A DNA stretch of 64,000 nucleotides. It comes from Oligoflexales bacterium (lineage in GTDB: Bacteria; Bdellovibrionota_B; Oligoflexia; Oligoflexales; CAIYRB01). The translations under genes were made by a program, and so were the position numbers. How positions within the stretch are numbered: the stretch's first letter is position 1; each line of letters starts with the position of its first letter. Where the stretch lies: the NCBI GenBank assembly GCA_041736175.1, contig JBGSUI010000059.1:1-64000 (forward strand), in the 5' to 3' direction. The notes beneath the pieces were generated by a model. That model did no database searches and had not been told where the DNA came from. It saw nothing but the letters and a program-made list of their open reading frames with translations. Below, piece by piece: positions 60,234 through 64,000 of this stretch.

Positions 60234-61688
60234 TTAATTTCCGCGTCGCTTTAAAAGATGCTCTTTTATGACTTCTTGAACCAGATTAGGATTTAACTTA
60301 CCTTGGGATTGGCGCATTGCCTGTCCCACAAAAAAACCTAATAGCTTATCTTTTCCGCTTAAATATTCCCTAAGCTGCTCTGGATGGGCATCAATAACCT
60401 GACTCACAACCTGTGTTACTTGATTCAAATCCGTTATTTGAATGAGCCCCTCGTTTTTTACAATGGCTTCTGCTGTCTCCAGCGTCTCTACCATCTTTTG
60501 AAATACAACCTTTGCGAGCTTTCCAGAAACAGTTTGATTAGCTAACAGTTTTAAGAGCCCTGCGAGATGTCTGGGAGTCAAAGCTGGATTTTCTAAAGAC
60601 CAGCCTTTCGCCGCTTTAGCTGCCAAAAACTCTCCAGTCACCCAATGGGCGATTGTTTTGGGAGCCATCCCTTCTACACCGCTAAGCTCGGTGATCAGCA
60701 ACTCAAAATAGCGACTTAAAAGTGGATCGGACACCAACGTCTCCCCATCCCCCTCGCTAAGTCCCATTTCATCGAGATACCGCATTAATTTGGCTTCGGG
60801 GAGCTCAGGGAGATCTTTAAGGATTGCATCTTTAAAAGTCTGACTAATCACTAGCTTTGGTAGATCAGGGTCCGGGAAATACCTGTAATCGTCGCTATCT
60901 TCCTTGTCCCGCATCGCTTCGGTTTTACCCGTCGACGGGTCAAAGAGTCGGGTTTGCTGCCTTACCTGCCCCCCTGACAAAAGGATTTCCTGCTGTCGGT
61001 CGATTTCGAATAAAATAGCTTTTTCAAGAAATTTAAAGGAATTAAGATTTTTAATTTCTGCTCGAGTCCCGAGTTTTGAGGAAGCCTTGAGCTTTAAGGA
61101 TATATTGGCATCGCAACGAAACGAGCCTTCTTCCATATTGCCATCTGAAATTCCGAGATGGACGACGATACGGTGTAGCTTTTTAAGATACTCTACGGCC
61201 TCTAGTGGACTCGATAAATCAGGTTCTGACACAATCTCGACAAGTGGAATCCCGGCTCGATTGAGATCGATCATAGTTCCTTGGGGACGATGAACACTCT
61301 TCCCAGCATCTTCTTCCATATGAATTCGCTTTAGCCGTATGGTTTTTCCTGATGATAGGGTTAAATGACCTCCTTCGCAGTATGGCTTTTCAAACTGAGA
61401 GATCTGGTACCCTTTCGGAAGATCCTGGTAAAAATACTGCTTCCTATCAAAAACACTGACTTGGGCTACGGAGCCATGGACCGCTTCTGCCAATACAACC
61501 GCTTTTTTGACGGCTTCACGATTAAGGACTGGCAAGGTACCCGGAAGACCTAAACACACTGGGCAGGTATTCTGATTGGATTGACTACCAAAAACCGTCG
61601 CGCACCCACAAAAAAGCTTGGATGCGGTCGACAACTGGCAATGCACCTCTAGACCAATCACAGTCTCAAATTCCGCAAAGCTCGTCAT
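60234..61688 (-). CDS. gatB: Asp/Glu-tRNA amidotransferase subunit B
   Basis: IGLEVH, HMEEDAGK, RCDANIS, DYRYFPDPDL. Confidence 0.98.
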   Translation of the reverse strand: MTSFAEFETVIGLEVHCQLSTASKLFCGCATVFGSQSNQNTCPVCLGLPGTLPVLNREAVKKAVVLAEAVHGSVAQVSVFDRKQYFYQDLPKGYQISQFEKPYCEGGHLTLSSGKTIRLKRIHMEEDAGKSVHRPQGTMIDLNRAGIPLVEIVSEPDLSSPLEAVEYLKKLHRIVVHLGISDGNMEEGSFRCDANISLKLKASSKLGTRAEIKNLNSFKFLEKAILFEIDRQQEILLSGGQVRQQTRLFDPSTGKTEAMRDKEDSDDYRYFPDPDLPKLVISQTFKDAILKDLPELPEAKLMRYLDEMGLSEGDGETLVSDPLLSRYFELLITELSGVEGMAPKTIAHWVTGEFLAAKAAKGWSLENPALTPRHLAGLLKLLANQTVSGKLAKVVFQKMVETLETAEAIVKNEGLIQITDLNQVTQVVSQVIDAHPEQLREYLSGKDKLLGFFVGQAMRQSQGKLNPNLVQEVIKEHLLKRRGN

Positions 61689-63214
61689 GGTAAAAAACTC
61701 TTATTTTCTTGAGATGAGTGCAGTGAAGGCTTAAATCGACTAGAAAATTTAAGCTCAGATTCTAATATTTGAGCCAAAGAGAGGAGTGCGGGCTCCTGAA
61801 ATCGATTTCCCAAAATCTGGAGTCCAATGGGAAGTTTTTTATGATCAAGCCCACAAGGTATCGAGATCGACGGTATCCCCGTTAGGTTGGCTGCGATGGT
61901 GCAAATATCAAGCAAATACATTGACAGAGCATCCTGTCTTTTTTCACCCTTACTGAAAGCCGTTACGGGTGACGTCGGCCCTATCAAAAGATCATAGGAA
62001 CGAAATGCCTCATTAAAATCCCTGCTGATAGCGGATCTCACTTTGTTAGCTTTACCGTAATAGGCTTCGTAGTATCCGTGGGAAAGGACAAAGGTCCCGA
62101 GCATGATTCTCTTTTTTACCTCCGAACTAAACCCCTCTGAACGGGAGGCTTGGTAGAGCTGTTCGAGGTTTCTAACACTAGAGGACGATCGATACCCATA
62201 TCGGACACCATCAAACCTCGCTAGATTAGAAGATGCTTCGGCTGTCGCAATAATATAGTAGGCCGCTAGAGAATATTTTAGGTTAGGGATCGAGACATTT
62301 TCAACGACATATCCGTGTCCCTTCAATAATTCTACACACTCGATCATGGAGCTTTTGACCTGACTTGAGATTCCTTCCCCCATAAACTCGTCGACAAGCC
62401 CTATACGCAATTTTTTAGGGGCTGAACTCCATCCAACTAAGGTCTTAAAATCCGGTCTTGGGTCCTTGTTACTTGTGGAATCCAAGGAATCATGCTCGCC
62501 GATAACACTTAAAACCAATGCCAAATCTCTGACATTGGTCCCAATAGGTCCAATCTGGTCAAGAGAAGATGCATATGCTATCAGCCCTCTTCGACTTACG
62601 TAACCATAGGTGGGTTTTAGTCCGACGACTCCACACATTGCTGCGGGCTGCCTAACCGATCCTCCTGTATCGGATCCTATAGAAATAGGAACCATGGCTG
62701 CTGCTACGGCCGCTGCAGACCCTCCTGATGAACCTCCTGGTACACAATTGAGATCCCAAGGATTAGAGACTGGACCGAAAAAAGAATTCTCGTTGGAACT
62801 GCCCATAGCAAACTCATCACAGTTTGCCTTTCCAAAGATAATTCCGCCAGCTTCCCTTATTTTTTGGACTACAAAGGCATCCTCAGGAGGCCTATAATCC
62901 TTAAGGATCTTAGAACTCGCTGTCGTCGGAATTCCTTTAGTGCAGATATTATCTTTCACTAAAATGGGGAGACCAGCTAGCACTAGCTCATGCCCAAGGT
63001 CGAGCCGTTTCTCCAGATCCTTGACCTGAAAGTCTATGGATTCCTCGTCGTAAAAGACATGGGTGTTTAACTTTTCTCGCAAATCCTTGGTCTTAGCTTT
63101 ATAGGAATCTACCACCTCTTTTACCGGTATTTGCCGCCTCCGAACGAGGGATACTAACTCTTCTGCCGACCTCTGAAAATCTAGTTTTGACGCCTCTGGG
63201 GCTCTCTTGTCCAC
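61685..63214 (-). CDS. gatA: Asp/Glu-tRNA amidotransferase subunit A
   Basis: DEFAMGSS, PGGSSGGSAA, SDTGGSVRQPA, RIMLGT. Confidence 0.98.
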   Translation of the reverse strand: MDKRAPEASKLDFQRSAEELVSLVRRRQIPVKEVVDSYKAKTKDLREKLNTHVFYDEESIDFQVKDLEKRLDLGHELVLAGLPILVKDNICTKGIPTTASSKILKDYRPPEDAFVVQKIREAGGIIFGKANCDEFAMGSSNENSFFGPVSNPWDLNCVPGGSSGGSAAAVAAAMVPISIGSDTGGSVRQPAAMCGVVGLKPTYGYVSRRGLIAYASSLDQIGPIGTNVRDLALVLSVIGEHDSLDSTSNKDPRPDFKTLVGWSSAPKKLRIGLVDEFMGEGISSQVKSSMIECVELLKGHGYVVENVSIPNLKYSLAAYYIIATAEASSNLARFDGVRYGYRSSSSVRNLEQLYQASRSEGFSSEVKKRIMLGTFVLSHGYYEAYYGKANKVRSAISRDFNEAFRSYDLLIGPTSPVTAFSKGEKRQDALSMYLLDICTIAANLTGIPSISIPCGLDHKKLPIGLQILGNRFQEPALLSLAQILESELKFSSRFKPSLHSSQENKSFLP

Positions 63215-63226
63215 AGATCCTACTCC

Positions 63227-63514
63227 TCAGGCTTTATCAACAACTCTAGGAACGACAAACATCTGGTTTGCGGCTTGAGGAGCTTGGCCCATCATGGTCT
63301 CAATCACTGACGAACGGACTGCGACATCCGCCCTCATATGGGTCTCTTGATCTTCTGATTTACCCTCCCCTAAATCACCCGGAAACTCACTTAGTAACTG
63401 CATATAGTCAAAGATGGATTGCAGCTCCTTTTGAAACCATTCTTGTTCTTGGGAAGTTAAGATTAAATGGGCTAGTTTAGCTGCTTTATCCACCATTTGA
63501 CTTGTGATGAGCAT
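63227..63514 (-). CDS. gatC: Asp/Glu-tRNA amidotransferase subunit C
   Basis: AKLAHL, MRAD, FVVPRV; upstream of gatA. Confidence 0.92.
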   Translation of the reverse strand: MLITSQMVDKAAKLAHLILTSQEQEWFQKELQSIFDYMQLLSEFPGDLGEGKSEDQETHMRADVAVRSSVIETMMGQAPQAANQMFVVPRVVDKA

Positions 63515-63535
63515 TGAAGTGATCCTTGTTGTTTT

Positions 63536-64000
63536 TTAAATCTCTTCGCCTTCTACGGTTTGCACTTTGCAAAGACTGATCACCTTTTCGCCTGCTTCCA
63601 CATGCATCAATCGCACCCCTTGGGTTAGCCTTCCAATAACTCCGATTTCCTGAATATTAAACCGAGTGATTTTTCCCGATGAGGTCATCACCATAAGGTC
63701 TTCGGTATCTCCCGCCTGCAAGATACCTACGACCGGTCCATTTCTCGTAGTGACCCGAATCGTATAAATGCCTTTACCACCCCGACCCTGGGTACGATAC
63801 TCTTCGAGGGGAGTCCGCTTACCGTATCCATTTTCACAAACACTCAGAATCGTGGAGTTATCCGTCAGGATTTGCATCCCAACCACCCGGTCTTCACCCG
63901 GCTTTAAAAGAACTTTCCCGGGCTCTTCGTCTGTTTCCACTTCGTCTGCGACCACCACTGGCGGCTCTTCTGTGGTTTCTTCCTCGTGAGTATCATCCAA
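63536..64000 (-). CDS. gyrA: DNA gyrase subunit A, C-terminal part (truncated by the window edge)
   Basis: Pinwheel repeats GYGKRT...QGRGGKG and GRLTQGVRLM, plus an acidic tail. Confidence 0.93.
   Translation of the reverse strand: MDDTHEEETTEEPPVVVADEVETDEEPGKVLLKPGEDRVVGMQILTDNSTILSVCENGYGKRTPLEEYRTQGRGGKGIYTIRVTTRNGPVVGILQAGDTEDLMVMTSSGKITRFNIQEIGVIGRLTQGVRLMHVEAGEKVISLCKVQTVEGEEI

Noticed and set aside
1..64000. Additional VR copies (second DGR targets) in the window
   Set aside because: None were seen by eye. Remote targets elsewhere in the genome remain possible and need a BLASTN search with the TR.

Overview
A 64 kb piece of bacterial chromosome. The gene content and the fibre-protein style suggest Bdellovibrionota/Oligoflexia; this is inference. 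Housekeeping genes include tRNA-Ser(TGA), htpX, ftsK, LPS glycosyltransferases, gcvTHP, lptB-rpoN-rapZ, pyrG-kdsD-lptC-lptA, a UvrD/Rep helicase, rpoH, amgK-murU, gatCAB and the 3' end of gyrA. A probable oriC lies at ~58.8-59.0 kb. Accessory patches carry many toxin-antitoxin loci, three AAA ATPases and an AIPR gene. The main finding is an apparently complete diversity-generating retroelement (DGR) at ~20.3-27.4 kb with no phage genes around it. Its target is a 1571-aa signal-peptide-bearing protein with seven fibre-like repeats and a C-terminal CLec/FGE-like domain. The variable repeat (24880-25018) differs from the template repeat (27234-27372) at 16 positions, all of them template adenines. 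The cassette also encodes an unusual HTH/four-helix-bundle fusion, an Avd-like protein and a YMDD reverse transcriptase, with the TR downstream of the RT. A 138-bp structured direct repeat brackets the region. Other observations: three disabled toxins beside intact antitoxins, long palindromes in front of accessory genes, a likely CTG start for lptC, a local inversion of lptB-rpoN-rapZ, and an MBL-fold pseudoenzyme. All family calls come from motif recognition by eye, not from database searches.
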